Positions 18,997 through 27,958 of a stretch of DNA of 64,000 bases are shown in pieces; positions within the stretch are counted from its first letter, which is position 1; the number at the start of each line of letters is the position of its first letter. The translations under genes were made by a program, and so were the position numbers. The notes under the pieces were generated by a model. It ran no database searches and had not been told where the DNA came from. It worked only from the letters and a program-made list of their open reading frames with translations. The DNA comes from Vicinamibacterales bacterium (lineage in GTDB: Bacteria; Acidobacteriota; Vicinamibacteria; Vicinamibacterales; 2-12-FULL-66-21): NCBI GenBank assembly GCA_035575695.1, contig DATLXP010000078.1, positions 1,838-65,837 of the forward strand. The letters are read 5' to 3'.

Positions 18997-19054
18997 GTGG
19001 ACAGGGGGTCTGGCCGCCAGGCTACGTTCGCCCAGGCGAACGCGAGGATCCGCC

Positions 19055-20135
19055 ATGGACCTTCTGTCCGCGATCGCCGTTTCCATGCTTTCGGTCTCCA
19101 GGCTGAAGGCCGCCTCCGTTTTCCATCAGCTCCGTCAATCCCGCCCGGACGTCGATCTGAATCTCCTTCTGGATGCGTTGCGCGTGCAGGGCGCCGACCG
19201 ACACGCGCTGGCGGACGCGGCTCTCGCCGCCGCACACGCCGCCATGGCGGCCGCACCTGGTCTGGGGATGGTGCCGATTCCCTCCTCCGATCCGCGCTAC
19301 CCGGCCCTGCTCGCGTGCACGACCGACCCTCCCCCCGTGCTCTGGACCAGGGGCTCCCTGGAGGTCCTGGGCCGTCCGGCGGTCGCCATTGTGGGCTCGC
19401 GCGCCGCGACTCCTTACGCGCTTCAGGTCGGGCGCCGTTTGGCCGCTGAGCTGGCCGGACGGGGTATCGTCGTGGTGAGTGGCCTCGCCCGGGGAGTTGA
19501 TTCAGCCGCTCACGAGGGATCCCTCGACGCGGGCGGTCCCACGATTGCGGTCCTGGGCTCCGGTCTGGACCGGATCTACCCGGGCGAACATGTCGCCTCA
19601 GCCGGACGATTTCCGCCAACGGGTTACTGCTCAGCGAGTTAGGGCCAGGCGCACCGCCGCTGGCCGAGCATTTTCCCCTGCGCAACAGGATCATCAGCGG
19701 GATCTCGCTCGGCACGGTCGTCGTCGAAGCCTCAGAGAAGAGCGGATCGCTGATTACCGCAGCCTGTGCCCTGAAGCAGGGGCGCGACGTCATGGCGGTC
19801 CCTGGCAATATTCTCAGCGGCCGGAACCGCGGATCCCACAGCCTGTTGAAGGACGGGGCAAAGATCATCGAGACTGCGGACGATATTCTTGATGAACTGG
19901 GATGGTCCCTGCCCTCATCCGACCCGATAAAGCCCCGGAAGTCCCTGAGCGGCGATCCCATACTGTCCAGAATGCAGGCTGGTGAGACCTACGGACTGGA
20001 CGAACTGGTCGATCTCACCGGGATTTGGCCGCCTCGAAACTGCTCCCGCGGCTCATGGAGCTGCAACTGCTTGGACAGATCGACACCCCTTCCGGCGGAC
20101 GATTCATGCGTCTCGCCGGGGTGGGAGCCGTCTGA
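19055..20135 (+). pseudogene. dprA: DNA processing protein DprA/Smf, disrupted by two frameshifts
   Basis: The DprA sequence runs through three frames. Frame 2 extends to ~19597 (...GVDSAAHEGSLDAGGPTIAVLGSGLDRIYPGEHVA). Frame 1 covers ~19597-20025 (LSRTISANGLLLSELGPGAPPLAEHFPLRNRIISGIS...AVPGNILSGRNRGSHSLLKDGAKII). Frame 3 runs from ~20028 (AASKLLPRLMELQLLGQIDTPSGGRFMRLAG, stop at 20133-20135). The span is 1081 nt, and adding 2 nt would restore a multiple of 3. Confidence 0.75.
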
Positions 20136-20166
20136 GCGACCGGTTCTGGTAACGTAGGTCACAGTT

Positions 20167-22593
20167 ATGGCAAAGGCATTGGTCGTGGTGGAGTCGCCGG
20201 CAAAGGCGAAAACCATCAACAAATATCTCGGCAAGAACTACAAGGTCATCGCCTCGATGGGGCATGTCCGCGACCTTCCGAAGAGCAAGCTCGGCGTGGA
20301 CGTCGACGAGGGGTTCGAGCCCACCTACGAGGTCATTGCGAGCCGGAAGAAGGTTCTCAAGGAGCTCAAGGACGGGGCGAAGGGGGTGGACGACATCTTC
20401 ATCGCGACCGACCCTGACCGTGAAGGGGAAGCCATCGGCTGGCACATTGCCGAGGAGTTCGGCACTGCCAACAAGAAAAAAATCCGCCGGCTGATGTTCA
20501 ACGAGATCACGAAGAAGGGTGTGCTCGCGGCGCTCGAGCATCCCACGACGATCAACAAGCAGATGGTCGACGCGCAGCAGGCGCGCCGTGTGCTCGATCG
20601 ACTGGTCGGTTACAAGATCAGCCCGCTGCTCTGGGACAAGGTCCGCCGCGGCCTCAGCGCGGGCCGCGTGCAGTCGGTCGCGTTGAAGCTGGTCTGCGAC
20701 CGCGAGCGGGAGATCGAAGCATTCGTCGCCGAGGAGTACTGGAACATGACGGCGCGGCTCGCCGGGCCGGTCCCGCCGGAGTTCGATGCGCGGCTGCTCA
20801 AGAAGTCCGGATCCAACATCAAGGTCGGGAACAAGGAAGAAGCCGACACGATCCTCGCCGACCTGCACGCGGCGAGCTGGGTGGTCAGCTCCGTTTCGAC
20901 GAAGGAACGAAAGAAGAGCGCGGTCCCCCCATACATCACGAGCAAGCTGCAGCAGGCATCACGCTTCCCCGTGAAGAAGACGATGATGATCGCGCAGCAG
21001 CTCTACGAGGGGATCGAGCTTCCTGGAGAAGGCGCGGTCGGTCTCATCACGTACATGCGCACGGATTCGACGCGCGTATCGGAGCAGGCGATCATCGATG
21101 TGCGCGAGCACATCGGCCAGAAGTTCGGGCCGGATTTCGTGCCCGAGAAGCCGAACGCCTACAAGACGAAGAAAGACGCGCAGGATGCGCACGAAGCGAT
21201 CCGCCCGACGTCCATGCAGTACGACCCGGAGGCGGTCCGGGCGCTGTTGTCGCCCGACCAGTACTACCTCTACCGCCTGATCTGGAACCGATTCGTCGCC
21301 TCGCAGATGCCGCCGGCCATCTTCGACGACACGACGGTCGATATCACCGCGGCCGACTACCTGTTCCGCGTGAAGGGGTCGGTCCCGAAGTTCGCGGGAT
21401 GGCTGGCCGTCTACGAGCGCGACATTCCGGAGGTGCGCACCGAAGGCCCCGGCCCCGACGCGGCAATGGCTGACGATGACGACGGCTCGGGGGTCCTGCC
21501 GGCCTTGTCGGAAGGGGACCGTCTCGACCTGAAGTCGCTGACGCCCGAGCAGAAGTTCACCCAGCCCCCCGCGCGCTACAGCGAGGCGACGCTCGTGAAG
21601 GCGATGGAAGAAAACGGCATCGGCCGCCCGAGCACGTACGCCTCGATCATCGGCGTGATCCAGGCACGGGACTACGTGAACAAGATCGAGGCGCGGTTCA
21701 AGCCGACCGTGCTCGGACGGATGCTGGTCGACCGGCTGCTCAGCCCGGCGTTTGACGACATCCTCGACGTGAACTACACGCGGGAGCTCGAAGAAGACCT
21801 CGACAAGATCGAAGAAGGCACCGACACCTACAAGTCGACCCTGACGAACTTCTACAAGAAGTTCTCGAAGGACCTCGACAAAGCCAAGAAGTTGATGCCG
21901 AACTTCAAGGAAGGGGTGCCGCCGGATCCCACGGTCGATTGCGACAAGTGCGGCAACCCGATGGTGATGAAGGCCGGGAAGTTCGGCTTGTTCCTGGCCT
22001 GCAGCGCGTATCCCGAGTGCGAAAACACCCGCGAGCTCGAGACCGTGGAAGCGGGCGCCGAGGGTGAAGGGATCGAAGAAGCGTGCGAGAACTGCGGCAA
22101 GCCCATGGCGGTCAAGCGCGGACGCTTCGGACAGTTCCTGGCGTGCACGGGCTACCCCGAGTGCAAGACCACGCGCAAGATCATCACGACCAAGCAGGGG
22201 ATGACGGCGGCCAAGCCGGACCAGATCCTCGACGAGAAGTGCCCGAAGTGCGAGTCGAACCTCGTCATCAAACAGGGACGGTTCGGTGGGTTCACGGCGT
22301 GCACGAATTATCCGAACTGCAAGTACGTCAAGCAGAAGTCCACGGGCGTGCTCTGTCCCAAGGACGGCGGCGACGTCGTCGAACGCAAGTCACGCCGCGG
22401 CAAGGTGTTTTATGGCTGCGTGAACTATCCGGACTGTGATTTCACGCTGTGGAATCGTCCGATCCTGGAGGTCTGCCCGTCCTGCAGCGCGCCGTTCCTG
22501 GTCGAGAAGATCACCAAGAAGCACGGCCGCCAGTTGATCTGCAACAACGAGGAGTGTTCGTACGTCCGGTCGGAGGAGCTCGCTTCCGCGTAA
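20167..22593 (+). CDS. topA: DNA topoisomerase I
   Basis: 808 aa. Toprim N-terminus (ALVVVESPAKAKTINKYLG), active-site region (GLITYMRTDS) and four C-terminal Cys4 zinc ribbons. Confidence 0.97.
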   Translation: MAKALVVVESPAKAKTINKYLGKNYKVIASMGHVRDLPKSKLGVDVDEGFEPTYEVIASRKKVLKELKDGAKGVDDIFIATDPDREGEAIGWHIAEEFGTANKKKIRRLMFNEITKKGVLAALEHPTTINKQMVDAQQARRVLDRLVGYKISPLLWDKVRRGLSAGRVQSVALKLVCDREREIEAFVAEEYWNMTARLAGPVPPEFDARLLKKSGSNIKVGNKEEADTILADLHAASWVVSSVSTKERKKSAVPPYITSKLQQASRFPVKKTMMIAQQLYEGIELPGEGAVGLITYMRTDSTRVSEQAIIDVREHIGQKFGPDFVPEKPNAYKTKKDAQDAHEAIRPTSMQYDPEAVRALLSPDQYYLYRLIWNRFVASQMPPAIFDDTTVDITAADYLFRVKGSVPKFAGWLAVYERDIPEVRTEGPGPDAAMADDDDGSGVLPALSEGDRLDLKSLTPEQKFTQPPARYSEATLVKAMEENGIGRPSTYASIIGVIQARDYVNKIEARFKPTVLGRMLVDRLLSPAFDDILDVNYTRELEEDLDKIEEGTDTYKSTLTNFYKKFSKDLDKAKKLMPNFKEGVPPDPTVDCDKCGNPMVMKAGKFGLFLACSAYPECENTRELETVEAGAEGEGIEEACENCGKPMAVKRGRFGQFLACTGYPECKTTRKIITTKQGMTAAKPDQILDEKCPKCESNLVIKQGRFGGFTACTNYPNCKYVKQKSTGVLCPKDGGDVVERKSRRGKVFYGCVNYPDCDFTLWNRPILEVCPSCSAPFLVEKITKKHGRQLICNNEECSYVRSEELASA

Positions 22594-22596
22594 CCC

Positions 22597-24093
22597 ATGA
22601 TTCACATCATCGGTGGCGGACTGGCCGGCAGCGAGGCGGCGTGGCAAGCCGCCTCCCTGGGCGTGCCCGTCACGCTCTACGAGATGCGGCCGGTGCGTCC
22701 TACCGTTGTTCACAAGACTGACGGGCTCGCCGAGCTGGTCTGCAGCAACTCCTTCCGTGGCGACAAGCTTGATAACGCCGTAGGCCTGCTGAAGGAAGAG
22801 ATGCGGCGGCTTGGATCGCTCGTCATGCGCGCCGCCGAGGTCGCGCGGGTGCCCGCGGGGGCGGCGCTCGCCGTCGATCGTGAGAAGTTTTCTGACGAAG
22901 TGACGCGCGCGCTGTTGTCCCACCCCCTCATCACGATCCGCCGCGAAGAGATCCAGCAGGTACCGGACGGGCTCGATGGCCCGGTGATCCTGGCCACCGG
23001 TCCGTTGACGTCCGACGCGTTGTCGCGCGCGATCGCGGCGCTGGTGGGTGGCGACCACTTGTATTTCTATGACGCCATCAGCCCGATCGTTCTCGCCGAG
23101 TCGATCGATCGGAGCAAGGTGTTCCGTGCGTCCCGGTGGGGCCGCAGTCTCCGAGGGGACAGCCACCATTTGACCTCAAACGAAGGGGACAGCCACCAAT
23201 TGACCCCAGGTGAAGGGGACAGCCACCAATTGACCTGCCCGCCGGAATTGGTGGCTGTCCCCGTTTGTGGGGTGGATGACGGAGAAGGCGACTATTTGAA
23301 CTGCCCGTTCACCGCAGACGACTACGCGCGGTTCTACGAGGCGCTGATGTCGGCAGAAAAGACCTCGCTCCACGAATTCGACGACCCGAAATTCTTCGAG
23401 GGATGCCTGCCGATCGAAGTGATGGCGTCGCGCGGTGTGGACACGCTGCGGTTCGGGCCGATGAAACCGGTCGGCCTCATCGATCCGAAAACCGGACGCG
23501 AGGCCTACGCCGCCGTGCAATTGCGTCAGGATAACCTCGCCGCATCGCACTTCAGTCTGGTCGGCTTCCAGACCCAGATGAAGTGGAGTGAGCAGGCGCG
23601 AGTCCTGCGGCTGATTCCAGGACTCGAGCAGGCGGAGTTCGTCCGGTTCGGCATGATCCACCGCAATACCTACATCAACGGACCGACGGTGCTGCGCGAC
23701 ACCTGGCAGATGCGCGGCAGGGACGATCTGTTTTTTGCCGGACAGATTTCCGGGGTCGAGGGTTACGTCGAGTCCGCAGCCTCCGGCCTGATGGCAGGAC
23801 GAAACGCCGCCGCGCGTGCCCAGGGTCGCGAGCCGACCGCAGCGCCGCGGACGACCGCCATCGGGGCGCTGGCCTATTACGTATCGCACGCCAACCCGAA
23901 ACACTATCAACCGAGCAACATCACCTTCGGGATCATCCCGCCGCTCGTCCGTGAAGAGGGGGGGCCACGGGTGCCGAAAAAGAAGGCTGAGCGGAATGAG
24001 CGCCTGTCGACGCGGGCGCTGGCGCATCTTCAGGCCTGGATGGAGTCGGGCACGCCCGGAGATCAGGTGGGGCCCGAGGCGCTGGCACCATGA
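22597..24093 (+). CDS. trmFO: Methylenetetrahydrofolate-tRNA-(uracil-5-)-methyltransferase TrmFO (Gid), carrying an in-frame repeat-derived insertion
   Basis: MIHIIGGGLAGSEAAWQAA (FAD-binding motif) and ELVCSNSF, collinear with TrmFO. The exception is about 45 extra residues (GDSHHLTSNEGDSHQLTPGEGDSHQLTCPPELVAVPVCG) just before the conserved YLNCP. Confidence 0.93.
   Translation: MIHIIGGGLAGSEAAWQAASLGVPVTLYEMRPVRPTVVHKTDGLAELVCSNSFRGDKLDNAVGLLKEEMRRLGSLVMRAAEVARVPAGAALAVDREKFSDEVTRALLSHPLITIRREEIQQVPDGLDGPVILATGPLTSDALSRAIAALVGGDHLYFYDAISPIVLAESIDRSKVFRASRWGRSLRGDSHHLTSNEGDSHQLTPGEGDSHQLTCPPELVAVPVCGVDDGEGDYLNCPFTADDYARFYEALMSAEKTSLHEFDDPKFFEGCLPIEVMASRGVDTLRFGPMKPVGLIDPKTGREAYAAVQLRQDNLAASHFSLVGFQTQMKWSEQARVLRLIPGLEQAEFVRFGMIHRNTYINGPTVLRDTWQMRGRDDLFFAGQISGVEGYVESAASGLMAGRNAAARAQGREPTAAPRTTAIGALAYYVSHANPKHYQPSNITFGIIPPLVREEGGPRVPKKKAERNERLSTRALAHLQAWMESGTPGDQVGPEALAP
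23151..23267. repeat. Three 30-bp direct repeats plus one inverted copy of the GGGGACAGCCACC element, inside the trmFO coding sequence
   Basis: Units at 23151-23180, 23181-23210 and 23211-23240; adjacent units are 24/30 identical by my alignment. The inverted copy GGAATTGGTGGCTGTCCCCGTTTG lies at 23244-23267. Confidence 0.9.
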
Positions 24094-25070
24094 GAGAGCA
24101 CGTCCGCACATTCCTCGAACGCCTCGCGCTCAACGAGAACGCGTCGGCGCATACCGTGCGCGCGTATGAGAGCGACCTGTCGCAGTTCCTCATGTTTCTC
24201 GCGCGGCACACGGGCAGAAAGCGCCCCGACCTCGAGCCCACCGATTTTTCGCACCTGAACATCCGCGCGTTTCTCGGCGACCTGCAGAAACAGGGCAATG
24301 CCCGCTCGTCCGCCGCGCGCAAACTGGCGGCGCTTCGAACGTTCGGGCGCTACCTGCGGCGTGAAGGCGCGCTCGACGGCGACCCGGCCTCGCTCGTCGG
24401 CACACCCAAGCGTGAGCAGCGCCTGCCCGCGCATCTCGGCGAAGGGGAAATGACGAAGCTCCTCGACGTGCCCGATGCGAGTCAACCGCTCGGGCGCCGT
24501 GACCGGGCGATTCTCGAACTGTTCTACGCCTCGGGGCTTCGGCTGAGCGAGCTCGTCGGACTGAACATCGACGACGTGAACCTCTCGAGCCGGATCGTGC
24601 GCGTGCTTGGCAAGGGGGGGAAGGAGCGGATCGTGCCGTTCAACCGCACGACCGAAGCGGCCATCCGCGCGTGGCTCAAGGACTGGGCAGCCATCGCGGA
24701 GGCGGGGCTCCCGCCTTCGCCAGGGCTTCGGCGGACAAGCCCGACGTCGACAAGGCTCCGGCGGGCAACCCGGGCGGACACGAGACGGAAAGCCGACCCC
24801 CTGTTCCTCAATTACCAGGGAGGACGCCTGTCAACGCGGAGTGTCGACAGGCTCGTCAGGACGTGCGTGGCGCAGTGCAGTACACGATTCGGGATCAGCG
24901 CGCACGCCTTGCGCCACTCGTTCGCCACCCACCTCCTGCAGCGCGGGGCCGATCTGCGGTCGATCCAGGAGCTCCTGGGACACTCGCGGCTCAGCACCAC
25001 CCAGCGCTACACGCACGTCAACACCACGCAACTGATGGATGCGTACAGGAAGTCGCATCCGAAGGCGTAA
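24090..25070 (+). CDS. xerC: Tyrosine recombinase XerC/XerD family (housekeeping context), with an Arg-rich internal insertion
   Basis: N-terminal SAM-like domain (HTVRAYESDLSQF) and catalytic HALRHSFATHLL...LLGHSRLSTTQRYTHV. The start overlaps the trmFO stop. Confidence 0.9.
   Translation: MREHVRTFLERLALNENASAHTVRAYESDLSQFLMFLARHTGRKRPDLEPTDFSHLNIRAFLGDLQKQGNARSSAARKLAALRTFGRYLRREGALDGDPASLVGTPKREQRLPAHLGEGEMTKLLDVPDASQPLGRRDRAILELFYASGLRLSELVGLNIDDVNLSSRIVRVLGKGGKERIVPFNRTTEAAIRAWLKDWAAIAEAGLPPSPGLRRTSPTSTRLRRATRADTRRKADPLFLNYQGGRLSTRSVDRLVRTCVAQCSTRFGISAHALRHSFATHLLQRGADLRSIQELLGHSRLSTTQRYTHVNTTQLMDAYRKSHPKA
24713..24772. repeat. Imperfect 30-bp tandem duplication inside xerC
   Basis: 24713-24742 versus 24743-24772 is 21/30 identical by my alignment. 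The first unit contains the small palindrome GGGCTT-CGGCGGAC-AAGCCC. The two units encode GLRRTSPTST and RLRRATRADT. Confidence 0.6.
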
Positions 25071-25080
25071 GCGCCGCTAG

Positions 25081-26535
<1,455 letters not shown>

Positions 26536-26605
26536 GCGCGTGGAGCCCCACCCCCACGCGCGCTCGCTCGCGGACGCCCTACGGGCGCTCGTCGGGCCTC
26601 ACGCG

Positions 26606-27805
26606 CTACCCGAACAACTCGTGGTGACCGGTCACCGGAAGCGTCACGCGGAAACGGGTGCCCCCCTCGGCGCGCGCGCTCACGTCGATCCGCCCGTCGT
26701 GCGCGTCCACGATCTTGCGGACGATCGCAAGCCCCAGCCCGGAACCCTGAGGCTTGGTCGTGAAGAACGGGCTGAAGATGCGATCCATCACGTCCTGCGG
26801 CACCCCCGGTCCGTCGTCTGCCACCTCGACCAGGACCATCGGGACCGCCTTCACGTCGCTGCCGACGGCCACTTCGTCTTCGGCGGCCAGCTGCACGCCG
26901 GTGATGCGGACCGATCCCTTGCCGCCCATCGCCTCAAACGCATTGGTCAGAAGGTTCGTGAACACCTGTCGCAGCTGGTGAGGGTCGCCCTGGATGGGGG
27001 ACAGGTCTTCCGGCAGATCAACCAGCAGCTCGATGCCGCCGCGCGGGACGTGGCTCTCCGCCATCGAAATCGCGTCGCGCACGACTTCCGCGACGGCCGT
27101 GTGCTCGACCTGCAGGCGCATCGGCCGGACGAAGTCGAGTACTTCGACGACGATGGCGTTGGCCATCTTGGCGTCCTTGATGATGTCAGCGAGCGTCGAC
27201 TGCGCGTCCGCGTTGTCGGCAAGCCTTCGCTTCAGCAGGCCCGCCATCACCTCGATACCGGCGAGCGGGTTCTTGACCTCGTGGGCGATCGCGGCGGCCA
27301 TCTCTCCGAGCGCCGCCAGCCGGTCGCGCAGCCGCTCGCGCTCCTCGATCTGCTCGACGCGCGTGAGATCCTTGAAGAAGAGAGTGGCGCCGGTGATCTC
27401 TCCCTCGCTGTCCTTGACCTGCGACAGCGTGTAGCCGATGACCTTGTTCGTCCGCTTGAGGCGGAGCTCTGCGCGGTTGGGAAGATGTGACAACTCGAAT
27501 GCGCCCGAGACGATGCGGACGACGTCCGGGACGTCTTTGAGGACCTCGGTATACGGGCGACCGATGTCCGTGGCATTCGGCGTCAGCCTGAAGATGCGGT
27601 AGGCCACTTCGTTCATCACCGCGATACGGCCGTCCTGGGTCACGGCGAGGATGCCGTTCCGCAGGTTCCACACCAGGTCACGGTAGAAGCGCTCCGACAC
27701 GGCGACCTGCTCAGACGCTTTGGCGGCGGCACGCGGTCCCGGACGCCGGGCAGCCGCCGCTTTGGGCGGCGTCTTGCGCGGTCTGGGAGCAGCCATGGAT
27801 TCCAT
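26606..27805 (-). CDS. PAS-domain sensor histidine kinase (NtrB-like)
   Basis: H-box IAHEVKNPLAGI and HATPase_c motifs (DDGPGVP, GSGLGLAIV). ATG at 27805 is preferred over the GTG at 27829 because the sigma-54 candidate would start transcription near 27824. Confidence 0.85.
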   Translation of the reverse strand: MESMAAPRPRKTPPKAAAARRPGPRAAAKASEQVAVSERFYRDLVWNLRNGILAVTQDGRIAVMNEVAYRIFRLTPNATDIGRPYTEVLKDVPDVVRIVSGAFELSHLPNRAELRLKRTNKVIGYTLSQVKDSEGEITGATLFFKDLTRVEQIEERERLRDRLAALGEMAAAIAHEVKNPLAGIEVMAGLLKRRLADNADAQSTLADIIKDAKMANAIVVEVLDFVRPMRLQVEHTAVAEVVRDAISMAESHVPRGGIELLVDLPEDLSPIQGDPHQLRQVFTNLLTNAFEAMGGKGSVRITGVQLAAEDEVAVGSDVKAVPMVLVEVADDGPGVPQDVMDRIFSPFFTTKPQGSGLGLAIVRKIVDAHDGRIDVSARAEGGTRFRVTLPVTGHHELFG

Positions 27806-27835
27806 TATTGTAAGTGAACGGTGAATCACGGTGGG

Positions 27836-27850
27836 GCAAAGGGTGTGCCG
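27836..27850 (-). promoter_or_regulatory. Sigma-54 (-24/-12) promoter candidate: CGGCACACCCTTTGC
   Basis: The minus strand reads GGCAC-N5-TTGC with the exact GG-N10-GC spacing, immediately upstream of the kinase / sigma-54-activator operon. Confidence 0.4.
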
Positions 27851-27958
27851 CTGCTCGCCGAAGGGATCCGCTGTCGTTTTCGCGGAAATATTGAGCGATG
27901 TGGACGTATCAGGCGGGATGGCGGTTACAAAACCGTCCAGTAATTACAGAAATGTCGT

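Noticed and set aside
23151-23267. Regularly spaced 30-bp repeats that superficially resemble a mini-CRISPR array
   Set aside because: There are only three direct units, with about 6-8 variable nucleotides between the ~22-24-nt conserved cores. The array lies inside an intact trmFO reading frame, ends with an inverted copy, and has no cas genes nearby. It belongs to the dispersed GGGGACAGCCACC repeat family.
24090-25070. Tyrosine recombinase as the integrase of a mobile element or genomic island
   Set aside because: It sits in the conserved topA-trmFO-xerC housekeeping string and overlaps the trmFO stop. It has the XerC/D-type N-terminal domain. No att-like direct repeats, tRNA or phage genes are adjacent.
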